Source: Candidatus Acidiferrales bacterium
GTDB lineage: Bacteria > Chloroflexota > Dormibacteria > Aeolococcales > Aeolococcaceae
Length of the DNA stretch: 64,000 nucleotides
Assembly (NCBI GenBank): GCA_035534435.1
Contig: DATLRX010000014.1
Span: 5,998-69,997, forward strand
Direction of reading: 5' to 3'
Of this stretch, positions 18,808 through 27,348 are shown in pieces (the stretch's first letter is position 1; each line of letters opens with the position of its first letter). The position numbers and the translations under genes were made by a program. Below the pieces are notes generated by a model. That model was not told the DNA's origin and made no database searches. It worked only from the letters and a program-made list of their open reading frames with translations.

Positions 18808-19733
18808 GCCGCCTCCGTCCCCCGCACGAGGCGGCCGTCGGGAGCGACGACCCCGACAGTGCCGAGGTCAGCGGGCAGGCCGGCGCTCAACTCGAGACGG
18901 TCGCCGGCGTCGAGAACGACACACACGCGCGGAGCGAACCGTGCTGCGAGCAACGCGCGCGCATCGGCGTCGTGTCCGTGCAGCCGCTCCGACACCGGGA
19001 GCGCGACGAGGCCGCGGGCCACGCCGATGCCGATGTCGTAGAGCTCCGCGGGTCGCGCGGCGGGATCGTCGTCGTCGATCACGACAATGTGCTCGGAGAT
19101 CGCCATGCAACCCGATGACCAGACGAGCAGCGGCTGCGCTTCGATGAGCGCCGCGAGGTTGCAGAGATGCAGGCAGTCGTTCAGCACGCCAACATGGCCG
19201 CCGGCAATCGCGATCGCGGCGCACTCCCCCACGATCGACGCGACCTCATCGCGATGCCGGCTGATCATCGACCGATGGTGCGGGGGGTGCGTGGCGTGGA
19301 AACGGTCGTACGCGGCCGCCATCGCCGCAGCGTGCGACTCGTCGATCGTGCGCACCGCCTCGATGGCGGCCGTGAGCTGCTCGCCCGCCCCGCCTGGTGT
19401 ACCGGCGAAGCGCTTGCGCATCACATCGACGCCGTCGAGCGCGGCGCGCACCCTGCGCTGGTACTGCTCGCGCAGGTCGTCGAGCTGCGTCCGCAGCAGA
19501 CGCTCGGCCTCGGCATACTCGGAGTCGCTGCTGAGCACATCGAGCCGACGCCCGTACAGCCCGAGGTTGCGCGAGCCACCGCCGAGACGGCGGTCGATCT
19601 CCGCGTCGTTTCGCTCACCCTCCTCCCATCCGGCGGTGATCAGGGCCACCGGACCGTCGACACCGAAGGCCTCGATCTCCGCCGCAAGGTCGACCTCGTC
19701 GTTGAGTGGACCGAGCAGCGTCACCCGCCTCAC
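18804..19733 (-). CDS. PepE/cyanophycinase-like (peptidase S51 / type-1 glutamine-amidotransferase-like fold) protein with an inserted helical segment
   Basis: 'AIAIAGGHVGVLNDCL' resembles the PepE 'VGGGNTFQLL' motif. 'LLVWSSGCMAISEH' resembles the PepE nucleophile motif 'IGWSAGANLA'. A charged segment of about 110 aa is inserted after the first strand. The GTG start overlaps the ATP-grasp stop (GTGA). Confidence 0.45.
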   Translation of the reverse strand: MRRVTLLGPLNDEVDLAAEIEAFGVDGPVALITAGWEEGERNDAEIDRRLGGGSRNLGLYGRRLDVLSSDSEYAEAERLLRTQLDDLREQYQRRVRAALDGVDVMRKRFAGTPGGAGEQLTAAIEAVRTIDESHAAAMAAAYDRFHATHPPHHRSMISRHRDEVASIVGECAAIAIAGGHVGVLNDCLHLCNLAALIEAQPLLVWSSGCMAISEHIVVIDDDDPAARPAELYDIGIGVARGLVALPVSERLHGHDADARALLAARFAPRVCVVLDAGDRLELSAGLPADLGTVGVVAPDGRLVRGTEAA

Positions 19734-20950
19734 GAGGCGCGCACGTGGACCGTCTCACCGACGACGTTGAGCATGTGGTGCACGGTGTCGAAGTCGGGAT
19801 GGGCCATGCGGATCCAGGCGTTCGCCATGTAGCCGGCCTCGACCGGCTGAGTCGCGGTGCCACTGGGAAGGTGCGTGTCCAGGATCCACTGGCCGAACTG
19901 GCGCTGTATGTCTTCGAGTCCCTCGTAGTGCGTGATCGTCCCGTCGCGATCCGGCCGGAGCGCGACGATTCCCGCGGACAGGCGGCGCGACAGCGGCCGG
20001 TCGACCGCGTGATGGACGATCGTGTTCGCCCACTCGCGGTAGATGTCGATGTCGTTCCCCGCCGCGTAGAGGTCCCAGGCGCGAACACCGGGCGGACGGC
20101 AGCCGATCTCGCTGAAGCGCAAGCCCTTGGGTCCGAAGAACCACTCCATGTGCGTCGCCGACGTGCCGATGCCGAGCGCGTCGATGGCACGCAGCCCGAG
20201 CTCGCGCACCTGCTCGTAGTCGCGGTTGGTGTCGACCTGGTTCGTCGAGACGAACTGCGGGCTGATCCAGCGCTCGCGCATCGCCTCGAGCACGTTCGGG
20301 AAGTAGTGCGAGATGAAGTCGTACGCGGGGTGGCCGTCGATGCTGATGGTGTCGTAGAAGCCTTCGTGGCCCTCGACGAACTCCTCCACCGCCACGTCCT
20401 GCGCGCCGGATGCGCCGAGCGCCGCAAGCGCCCGCTCGAGCTCGGCATCGGAGTCGACCCGGCTCGTCCCGGATGCCCCCGCCGCCGCACGCGGTTTGAG
20501 GATGAGCGGGTACCCGACCTGCGCGGCAAACGCCAGCACCTCTGCGGAGGAGCTCGCTCCGGTGGACTGTGCGGTGGCAATCCCGGCATCGCGCAGCGCG
20601 TCCTTCATCGCAGGCTTGTCGCGGCAGAGATATGCCGTGCGGACCGACGTCCCGGGAATGCCGCACGCCTCGCGCGCGTGGGCCGCCGACATCGTGTGCG
20701 CCTCGATGGTCGACTCGAGCGCGTCGATCCAGACCCTGCTCTGGGCAAAGCGCACGGCCTCCACCAGGGCGTCGACGTCCGTGACGTTGGGGACCTGCTG
20801 GTAGTGGAACATCCAGTCGCGAAGCTCCTGGTCGAGGAAGTCGACCGGGCGCTCGCCGATGCCGATGACGTTGGCTCCCGCGGCAGCGAGTCCGCGCACG
20901 AACTCGCGCTGGTTCGGCGGAAAGGCCGGCTCGACGAAGATGATGTTCAC
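19730..20950 (-). CDS. Stand-alone ATP-grasp ligase, paralogue A
   Basis: 406 aa. 'RDKPAMKDAL', 'GYPLILKPRAAAGASGTSRV', 'THMEWF' and 'EIGCRPPG'. Collinear with the 21016 and 22242 proteins. Confidence 0.8.
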   Translation of the reverse strand: MNIIFVEPAFPPNQREFVRGLAAAGANVIGIGERPVDFLDQELRDWMFHYQQVPNVTDVDALVEAVRFAQSRVWIDALESTIEAHTMSAAHAREACGIPGTSVRTAYLCRDKPAMKDALRDAGIATAQSTGASSSAEVLAFAAQVGYPLILKPRAAAGASGTSRVDSDAELERALAALGASGAQDVAVEEFVEGHEGFYDTISIDGHPAYDFISHYFPNVLEAMRERWISPQFVSTNQVDTNRDYEQVRELGLRAIDALGIGTSATHMEWFFGPKGLRFSEIGCRPPGVRAWDLYAAGNDIDIYREWANTIVHHAVDRPLSRRLSAGIVALRPDRDGTITHYEGLEDIQRQFGQWILDTHLPSGTATQPVEAGYMANAWIRMAHPDFDTVHHMLNVVGETVHVRAS

Positions 20951-21015
20951 GCGGGAGATCCTACCCGCAGCAGGCCACGGTCCTGAGGCCCGGCTGCCTA
21001 CACTCGCGGCGTCAC

Positions 21016-22245
21016 ATGCCGAATGCCGTGTTCGTCGCCCCGTTCCTCCTGCCCGCGACCGTGCGCTTCATCGCGGCCGCAGCGTCGCTCCCCGATGTCC
21101 GGCTCGGGCTGATCAGCCAGGACCCTGAACAGCGTCTCGGCGACGATCTCCGTACCGCGCTTGCCGGCCATTTCCGGGTGAACGACGGCACCGATCCGCA
21201 GCAGATCGCCGATGCGACGCGCGCGCTCTCACGTCATCTCGGGGGCGTCGACCGGCTCATCGGGATGCTCGAACAGCTGCAGGTGCCCCTCGGCGAGGTG
21301 CGCGACGCACTCGCGATCCCCGGCATGGGCGCGGAGGTCGCCAGGAACTTTCGCGACAAGGCACGGATGAAGACCGTCTTCGAAACGCACGGCGTTCCCT
21401 GCGCCCGTCACCGCCTCGTGCACGATGCCGGCGAGGCGCAGGCGGCCGCGGCGGAGCTTGGCTATCCCGTCGTCGCCAAGCCGCCTGCAGGCGCCGGCGC
21501 ACGCTCGACCTTTCGCATCGACGGCGACGAGCACCTCGGTGAGTGGCTCCGGGCCGACCCGCCGAGCGACCACGTCCCGGTCCTCCTCGAGCAGATGGTC
21601 GTCGGCGAAGAGCACAGCTTCGACAGCGTGCTGATCGACGGGGAATGCGTCTGGCATTCAATCTCGCGATACCTGCCGACACCGCTCGAGGTGCTCGAGA
21701 ACCCCTGGATCCAGTGGGCTGTGCTGCTCCCACGCGACATCGCGACGCCGGAGTACGACGTCATCCGCAGTGAGGGCGTGCGCGGGCTTCGCGCGCTGGG
21801 ACTGCGCACGGGACTCACGCACATGGAGTGGTTCCGTCGCGCCGGCGACGACATCGCGATCAGTGAGGTCGCGGCGCGACCGCCGGGTGCCCAGTTCACC
21901 TCGCTGCTGTCGTACGCGCATGACATCGACATGTACGCGGCGTGGGCGCGGCTCGAGATCTCCGGCACCTTCGAGCCGCCCGAGCGGCGCTACTCGGTCG
22001 GGGCGGCATACCTGCGCGGCCAGGGAAGCGGCACAGTGCTCGCTGTGCACGGGCTCGACGTCCTTCAGCGCGAGCTCGGCGACATCGTCGTCGAGGCCGT
22101 GGTCCCGCGCCCGGGGCAGGCCTCAACCGGCACGTACGAGGGCGAAGGGCACGTCGTGCTGCGCCATCCCGACACCGGGGTCGTCGAAGCGGGGTTGCGC
22201 CGAGTCGTCGAGGTTGCACGGGTCGAGCTCGGAGAGATGTCGTGA
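21016..22245 (+). CDS. Stand-alone ATP-grasp ligase, paralogue B
   Basis: 409 aa. 'RDKARMKTVF', 'GYPVVAKPPAGAGARSTFRI', 'THMEWF' and 'EVAARPPG'. Divergent from paralogue A across 65 bp. Confidence 0.8.
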   Translation: MPNAVFVAPFLLPATVRFIAAAASLPDVRLGLISQDPEQRLGDDLRTALAGHFRVNDGTDPQQIADATRALSRHLGGVDRLIGMLEQLQVPLGEVRDALAIPGMGAEVARNFRDKARMKTVFETHGVPCARHRLVHDAGEAQAAAAELGYPVVAKPPAGAGARSTFRIDGDEHLGEWLRADPPSDHVPVLLEQMVVGEEHSFDSVLIDGECVWHSISRYLPTPLEVLENPWIQWAVLLPRDIATPEYDVIRSEGVRGLRALGLRTGLTHMEWFRRAGDDIAISEVAARPPGAQFTSLLSYAHDIDMYAAWARLEISGTFEPPERRYSVGAAYLRGQGSGTVLAVHGLDVLQRELGDIVVEAVVPRPGQASTGTYEGEGHVVLRHPDTGVVEAGLRRVVEVARVELGEMS

Positions 22246-23465
22246 CCGCGACCGTGTTGATGATCTCTCCGGGCTACCCGGCCGAGATGCCCTTCTTCAC
22301 GCGCGGTCTGGCTCGCGCCGGCGCACGCGTCATCGGTGCCGGCGACCAACCCGTCATGGCGTTGCCGGAGATGGCGCGCGACCACCTCATGGACTACTGG
22401 CAGACCCCGTCGTTCGCGCACGAGGACGCGATCGTGCACGAGGTCGCACAGCGCGCGGCGGGGCTCCGCATCGATGTCGTGGCATCGCTGTGGGAGCCGA
22501 CGATGCTGCTCGCGGCGCGCATTCGCGAACGCCTCGGCATTCCGGGGATGACCGTCGAGCAGACCATCCCCTTCCGTGACAAGGAGACGATGAAGCAGGT
22601 GCTCGACGCGGCGGGGATTCGCACGCCACACCACTACCGCTCGGGAACCGCCGCGGGCGTCCGCGAGGCGGTGGAACGCATCGGCTATCCGATCATCGTC
22701 AAGCCGATCGCCGGAGCCGGGTCCGCGAGCACGTTTCGTGTCGATGGCCCCGAGGACCTGGAGCGCGTGCTCCCGCAGCTGCGACATGTCGCGGAGGTCA
22801 GCGTCGAGGAGTTCATCGACGGCTCGGAGTACACGTACGACACCATCTGCTCGGACGGTGAGGTGCTGTTCGACAACGTCTGCTGGTACCGGCCACGTCC
22901 GCTCATCGCGCGTCAGCTGGAGTGGATCAGCCCCGTCACCGTGGTCATGCGCGACATCGATGCGGCGAACCTCGCAAACGGACGCTCGATGGGACGCGAC
23001 GTCCTGCGGGCGCTCGGATTCCACGACGGCTTCACGCACATGGAGTGGTTCCGCACCGCGAGCGGCGAGGTGGTCTTCGGAGAGATCGGGGCGCGCCCGG
23101 CGGGCGCGCGCACCGTCGACACCATGAACTTCGCGAACGACGTGGACCTGTTCCAGCAATGTGCGGAGGCGGTCCTCCACGGGCGCCTGTCCGAGCCGAT
23201 CGAACGCCGGTACAACGCCGCGTCCATCTTCAAACGCGCGCAGGGAGGTGGACGCATCGCGCGCATCGAGGGACTCTCCAACCTGCTCGGCGACTACGGC
23301 GAATGGATCTGCGCGATCGATCTGCTTCCCATCGGCGCGCCGCGGCGCGACTGGCTCATGACCCTGATCTCCGACGGCATGGTGATCGTTCGGCACCCGG
23401 ACCTGGACACCTGCATCGAGATCGCCGACCGGTTCGCGACGGAGCTGCAGATCTACGCGGACTGA
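22242..23465 (+). CDS. Stand-alone ATP-grasp ligase, paralogue C
   Basis: In-frame GTG 22242 overlaps the stop of paralogue B (GTGA). 'RDKETMKQVL', 'GYPIIVKPIAGAGSASTFRV', 'THMEWF' and 'EIGARPAG'. Confidence 0.8.
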   Translation: MTATVLMISPGYPAEMPFFTRGLARAGARVIGAGDQPVMALPEMARDHLMDYWQTPSFAHEDAIVHEVAQRAAGLRIDVVASLWEPTMLLAARIRERLGIPGMTVEQTIPFRDKETMKQVLDAAGIRTPHHYRSGTAAGVREAVERIGYPIIVKPIAGAGSASTFRVDGPEDLERVLPQLRHVAEVSVEEFIDGSEYTYDTICSDGEVLFDNVCWYRPRPLIARQLEWISPVTVVMRDIDAANLANGRSMGRDVLRALGFHDGFTHMEWFRTASGEVVFGEIGARPAGARTVDTMNFANDVDLFQQCAEAVLHGRLSEPIERRYNAASIFKRAQGGGRIARIEGLSNLLGDYGEWICAIDLLPIGAPRRDWLMTLISDGMVIVRHPDLDTCIEIADRFATELQIYAD

Positions 23466-23504
23466 CGGTTGCGCGGATGAGTCGCCGGCCGTGGTGCCTG
23501 CTGT

Positions 23505-23771
23505 CTATCGTCCGGCTTTGGTGCGGTTCGCGCCCGCACCAGCACCATGGCGACGGCGAAGCGCGATCGGTGGCGCCGGACGCGCGTTCGTCGCCTCGGC
23601 GTTCGCGCGGAGCTTCGCGAGCGTCTGGATGAGGTGCTCACGGTCGGCTTCGCTGATGCCATCCGTCGGGTCGATCGAGGTTGCGTGCACCTGGGCAAGC
23701 ATCGGACCGACGAGCGCCCGAGCCTCGCCCGTGATGAGGACGTGCGAGCGAGGTGCAGCAGAACCTCGCCC
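23505..23771 (-). pseudogene. Possible C-terminal remnant of a MarR-family regulator
   Basis: The open frame directly after the hydrolase stop reads '...HVLITGEARALVGPMLAQVHATSIDPTDGISEADREHLIQTLAKLRANAEA'. This looks like the last helices of a MarR protein. No wHTH-encoding part is present. Confidence 0.35.
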
Positions 23772-24824
23772 TCAGCTCGCGGATGCCAGGAACTCGAAGA
23801 ACAGCGTCTTCCAGCGCTCTGCCGCGTCGAACAGCGGACCGTGCCCGGAGCCCTCGAACATCTCGATGCGCACTCGACCACCCGAGTCCCGATAGCGCTC
23901 GAGCACAGCGCGGATCTGCGCCACCATCGGCTGCGGGGCGAAGACCTCGTCTCCCGGCCAGCCCGGGATGACGCCCATCCTGCCGAGGGTGCCCATCTCC
24001 CACGCGGAGTTGTCGGAGACCACGATGTCAGCGGTGCCGTGCGTCCAGAGGACCGGCGGCTTGGGATCGACGTCGACGATGCCGGACCAGTTGCAGTATT
24101 TCCCCGACAGCGCATTGAGGATGCCGCGCGTTCCCGGGGCGATGCCCGGCCAGTTCTCGGAGGTCGTCGTGTCGCCGGGGTACCCGTCATCGCCGGTCTC
24201 CGACTTGAGGATCTCCTCGACGAGCATGTCCTCACGGTCTGCCGGCTCGCGATGCGCCGGCGCCCAGTACGAGCTGTTCATGACATTGCGCGGCGACACC
24301 GGCGAGCCCGACGAGGTGTCGTGCGCCGCGATGTGCTGCGTGAACTCGGCATTGCCCGTGCCTCCCCCCGAACCCGCGTAGTCGGGGAAGCAGGGCGTCC
24401 CGTCGAGCCGCACACCGCCGAAGCCGTACGGCGACACCGGGTCGATGAAGGTGAGGGATGCAACCGGACGGTCCTGCGCGTAGTTCGCGATTGCCGCGCC
24501 GCCGGTCGACCATCCGACGAGATGCACCGGTCGGGTGATCCCGAGCGCGCGGACGAGGGAGAATGTGTCGTCAGCCCAGTCGCGCAACCCGCGCGTGGCA
24601 TCGATCGGGATGCGCTCCGTGTCGCCGAATCCGCGCATGTCCGGTGCGATGCACCGGTAGCGCTCCGGCGCGGCGACCATCACGTGCTCCCAGAAGCGGC
24701 TCGTGGCGAGGTTGCCGTGGATGAGAACGACGGGTATGCCGTCTGACGGTCCCGACTCGATGTAGCGCATGCGCAGACGATCGGTCTGCGCCGTTGCCCC
24801 ACGAACGCCGTCCGGGAGGTTCAT
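23772..24824 (-). CDS. Alpha/beta hydrolase
   Basis: 'VVLIHGNLATSRFW', nucleophile elbow 'HLVGWSTGGAAI' and a C-terminal 'GSGHGP' His region. Confidence 0.8.
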   Translation of the reverse strand: MNLPDGVRGATAQTDRLRMRYIESGPSDGIPVVLIHGNLATSRFWEHVMVAAPERYRCIAPDMRGFGDTERIPIDATRGLRDWADDTFSLVRALGITRPVHLVGWSTGGAAIANYAQDRPVASLTFIDPVSPYGFGGVRLDGTPCFPDYAGSGGGTGNAEFTQHIAAHDTSSGSPVSPRNVMNSSYWAPAHREPADREDMLVEEILKSETGDDGYPGDTTTSENWPGIAPGTRGILNALSGKYCNWSGIVDVDPKPPVLWTHGTADIVVSDNSAWEMGTLGRMGVIPGWPGDEVFAPQPMVAQIRAVLERYRDSGGRVRIEMFEGSGHGPLFDAAERWKTLFFEFLASAS

Positions 24825-24842
24825 CCCATCAGCTCCGGCAGC

Positions 24843-26036
24843 TCAGTCCGCGGCGGCGACCGCGCGCGTGCCCACCGCCTGCAGCGACTGGGCACGCGGC
24901 GCGGGCCTATCGCTGCGCAGCTCCTCGATGAGGCCGTCGACGACGTCGCGGAGCGACCCACCCGCGTCGACGATCTCGCGCTGGCGGATGTAGCTCGACC
25001 CGCGCTCCATGATGTCCATCGCGCCGCGGAGCTCAGCCGTGCAGCCGAGCCGCGCAGCCACCGGCGTCAGATCCTCGACCAGCTCGCGGATGGCCTGGCG
25101 CAACGGAACGGTGGTGCCGCCTTCGTCGACGATGATCGACGCGTCGAGACCGTGCCGCGCCGCGCGCCACTTGTTCTCGCGTACGAGCCAGGCGCGTGGA
25201 GTCGGCAGCGTGTAGCCGCGGTCGATCATGGTGTCGAACTGGTGCACCAGGCACTGGCTCAACGCGGCGACGACACCGACCTCGCGCAGCGTCGGGATGC
25301 CGTCGCACACGCGGATCTCGACCGTGCCGAAGCTCGGATGCGGACGGATGTCCCACCAGACCTCGCGAATCGTCTTGATGGTGTGCGACGAGATCAGCGT
25401 GTCCATGAGCTGCTCGAACTGCGGCCATCCACTCAGCTGCCACGGCGGGCCGGCCGTCGGCAGGCTCTCGAACACCTTGGAGCGCCACGAGGCCATGCCG
25501 GTGTCATGCCCCATCCAGTACGGGCTCGACGCCGACAGCGCGAGGAAATGCGGGATGTACGCGGAGAGCGCGTTGACCATCGCGATGGCCTTCTCCCCGC
25601 TTCGCACGCCGACGTGGACGTGGATGCCGAAGATCTGCATCTGCTTCGCGGGCCATTGCATGTCGTTGACGAGCCGCTGATAGCGCGGGTCGGGACTGAT
25701 CTCCTGGAGGGCCGGGTCGCTGAATGGATGCGTCCCCGAGCACATGAGGTCGAGGTTGCGCGGCTCGGTGTGCTGTCGCAACTCGGCCATCGTCGCGGCG
25801 AGATCCGCGACCGCGGCGCCGGCGTTCTCGCAGATACCGGTGATGATCTCCACCGTCGACTGAAGGAGCTCCTTCTTGGCCTTCGGATGGCCGGCTTCAC
25901 CGAACGGATCGCCCATCTCCGTGAGGATCTCGTGCGCCCCCTTGACGAGCTCGCGCGAGTCGTGATCGATGAGCTCGAGCTCCATCTCCACGCCGATCGT
26001 GGGGCGAGGGCTGGAGACGAATTCGATCATGGTCAT
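24843..26036 (-). CDS. Carboxylate-amine ligase, GCS2 / YbdK family (gamma-glutamyl-cysteine-ligase-like)
   Basis: Start at ATG 26036 ('MTMIEFVSS'). 'TIGVEMELELID', 'FGIHVHVGV' and 'WWDIRPHPSFGTVEIRVCD'. The listed ORF extension to 26495 overlaps the upstream gene. Confidence 0.88.
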   Translation of the reverse strand: MTMIEFVSSPRPTIGVEMELELIDHDSRELVKGAHEILTEMGDPFGEAGHPKAKKELLQSTVEIITGICENAGAAVADLAATMAELRQHTEPRNLDLMCSGTHPFSDPALQEISPDPRYQRLVNDMQWPAKQMQIFGIHVHVGVRSGEKAIAMVNALSAYIPHFLALSASSPYWMGHDTGMASWRSKVFESLPTAGPPWQLSGWPQFEQLMDTLISSHTIKTIREVWWDIRPHPSFGTVEIRVCDGIPTLREVGVVAALSQCLVHQFDTMIDRGYTLPTPRAWLVRENKWRAARHGLDASIIVDEGGTTVPLRQAIRELVEDLTPVAARLGCTAELRGAMDIMERGSSYIRQREIVDAGGSLRDVVDGLIEELRSDRPAPRAQSLQAVGTRAVAAAD

Positions 26037-26049
26037 GGGGAACTGGACT

Positions 26050-27321
26050 CTACGCCGCAGTCGCGCGCTGATCGTGAGCCCACGCGGCGAGCAGTCCCCG
26101 GAAATGCGCGATGAACTGATCGTGCTCGTGCGCGGGGAAGGTCGTGCGGACGGTCTCGACGATGATCCGGTCGAACTCGGGGCTCTCGACCCAGGCCACC
26201 GACAGCTCATCGATGTGCCCGAGGTGGCGGTCGCAGAACTCGGTGTACCGGTCGACCTCGAGCTGCCGGTCGGCGATGCGCCGGTACCCGGCGAGCTTCT
26301 CCTCGTAGCTGAGGTCGGCGCGATCCGCGATCGCGAAGTATTCCTCGGTGTCGAGGTCGACGGACTGGTGGCGTCCGGTGACGCAGCAGAACACGACCCA
26401 CTTGAGCAGCGTCCGGATCGCCCACGGGAAGTAGTAGTGCAGGCTCGTGAGCGCGAGGTCCGGCGTGGCGTTCGCGTAGTCGATGGGATACACATCGTCG
26501 CCGCGGATCAGCGTCTCGCAGCTGTTGAGCTCCCAGCGGAAGAATGCGTTGACGGTGCGCAGGATGCTCACCACCTCGTTGCCGGCTCGCGGCTCCAGGA
26601 AGTTGTGCTCGACGGAGTAGCGCTCGTGCATCGGACGCTCGGGATGAAAGTTCAGCACCATGACCTCGGCGCCGATGCCGAGACTGCGCGCGAACGCGTC
26701 GTATCCATCCACCGCCGCCTGCAGGTGCATGAGGCGTTGCTCGGACTCGTCGTACGCCCGGTACAGCGTCGCCGAGTCCTCGATGCGCGAGACGCCGACC
26801 CACGCCCCGCCGTCAAACGGCTTCATGTACAACGGCATGCCGACCGCACCGGCAACCGCCTCGAGGTCGAAGTAGCGGAGATAGCGCTGCGCCGTCCCGG
26901 CAAAACGGGGGTTGTCGGGTGGGGTCTTGTTGGGCAGCATCCACGTCTCCGGTACCTTGAGACCGAGCCGGATCATCGCGCAGTACGCGGCGTGCTTCTC
27001 CATGGCCTGGAACGTGAACGGGTTGTTCAGCAGGTGGACGCGATCCATGAGGGTGACCTTCTTGAGCCACTCGCGCGGCATCGGATACCACCACCCGAGC
27101 CGGTCGATCACCAGGGACTGCCGCGGGCGCATGCGCAGGTCGAAGGGCTCGATCGTCATCCGCTCGGTGGTGAACCGGTGCGTCTCCCCGCCCTCGCGCA
27201 CGGTGAGGTCCGCGCGTCCGAGCAGGGCCTCGAACGCGGCAGGCCAGTCCTCCTCGACCCCGAGCAGCATGCCGATGAGATGGGTCGTTGGCATTGTGCA
27301 TGGGAGTATGCGATCCCCCAC
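26050..27321 (-). CDS. ATP-grasp-like ligase (glutathione-synthetase / RimK-like), divergent family
   Basis: 423 aa. 'AAYCAMIRLGLKVPETW', 'MPLYMKPFDGGAWVGVSRI' and 'YPIDYANATPD' fit an ATP-grasp core, followed by a C-terminal helical extension. Start is GTG 27321 or ATG 27294. Confidence 0.5.
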   Translation of the reverse strand: MGDRILPCTMPTTHLIGMLLGVEEDWPAAFEALLGRADLTVREGGETHRFTTERMTIEPFDLRMRPRQSLVIDRLGWWYPMPREWLKKVTLMDRVHLLNNPFTFQAMEKHAAYCAMIRLGLKVPETWMLPNKTPPDNPRFAGTAQRYLRYFDLEAVAGAVGMPLYMKPFDGGAWVGVSRIEDSATLYRAYDESEQRLMHLQAAVDGYDAFARSLGIGAEVMVLNFHPERPMHERYSVEHNFLEPRAGNEVVSILRTVNAFFRWELNSCETLIRGDDVYPIDYANATPDLALTSLHYYFPWAIRTLLKWVVFCCVTGRHQSVDLDTEEYFAIADRADLSYEEKLAGYRRIADRQLEVDRYTEFCDRHLGHIDELSVAWVESPEFDRIIVETVRTTFPAHEHDQFIAHFRGLLAAWAHDQRATAA

Positions 27322-27348
27322 TCGCGAAGTGCAGACTGCCGTCCCGCG

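Noticed and set aside
20951-21015. Searched for a graspetide/microviridin-type precursor peptide next to the ATP-grasp genes (also in 23466..23771).
   Set aside because: The divergent intergenic region is only 65 bp. The other gap holds a MarR-like remnant, not a Ser/Thr/Asp/Glu-rich core peptide. The ligases (~407 aa) are also larger than typical RiPP ATP-grasp enzymes.
26037-26495. 5' extensions of listed ORFs: 24843..26495, 3486..4109 (mutL), 34392..35009 (YdbT-like), 45482..45772 (esterase), 12395..12565 (NTase) and 17598..17747 (esterase).
   Set aside because: The extensions overlap the upstream genes, are Arg/Pro/Ser-rich, and sit upstream of internal starts that give homologue-like N-termini, often with an RBS or a 4-nt overlap.
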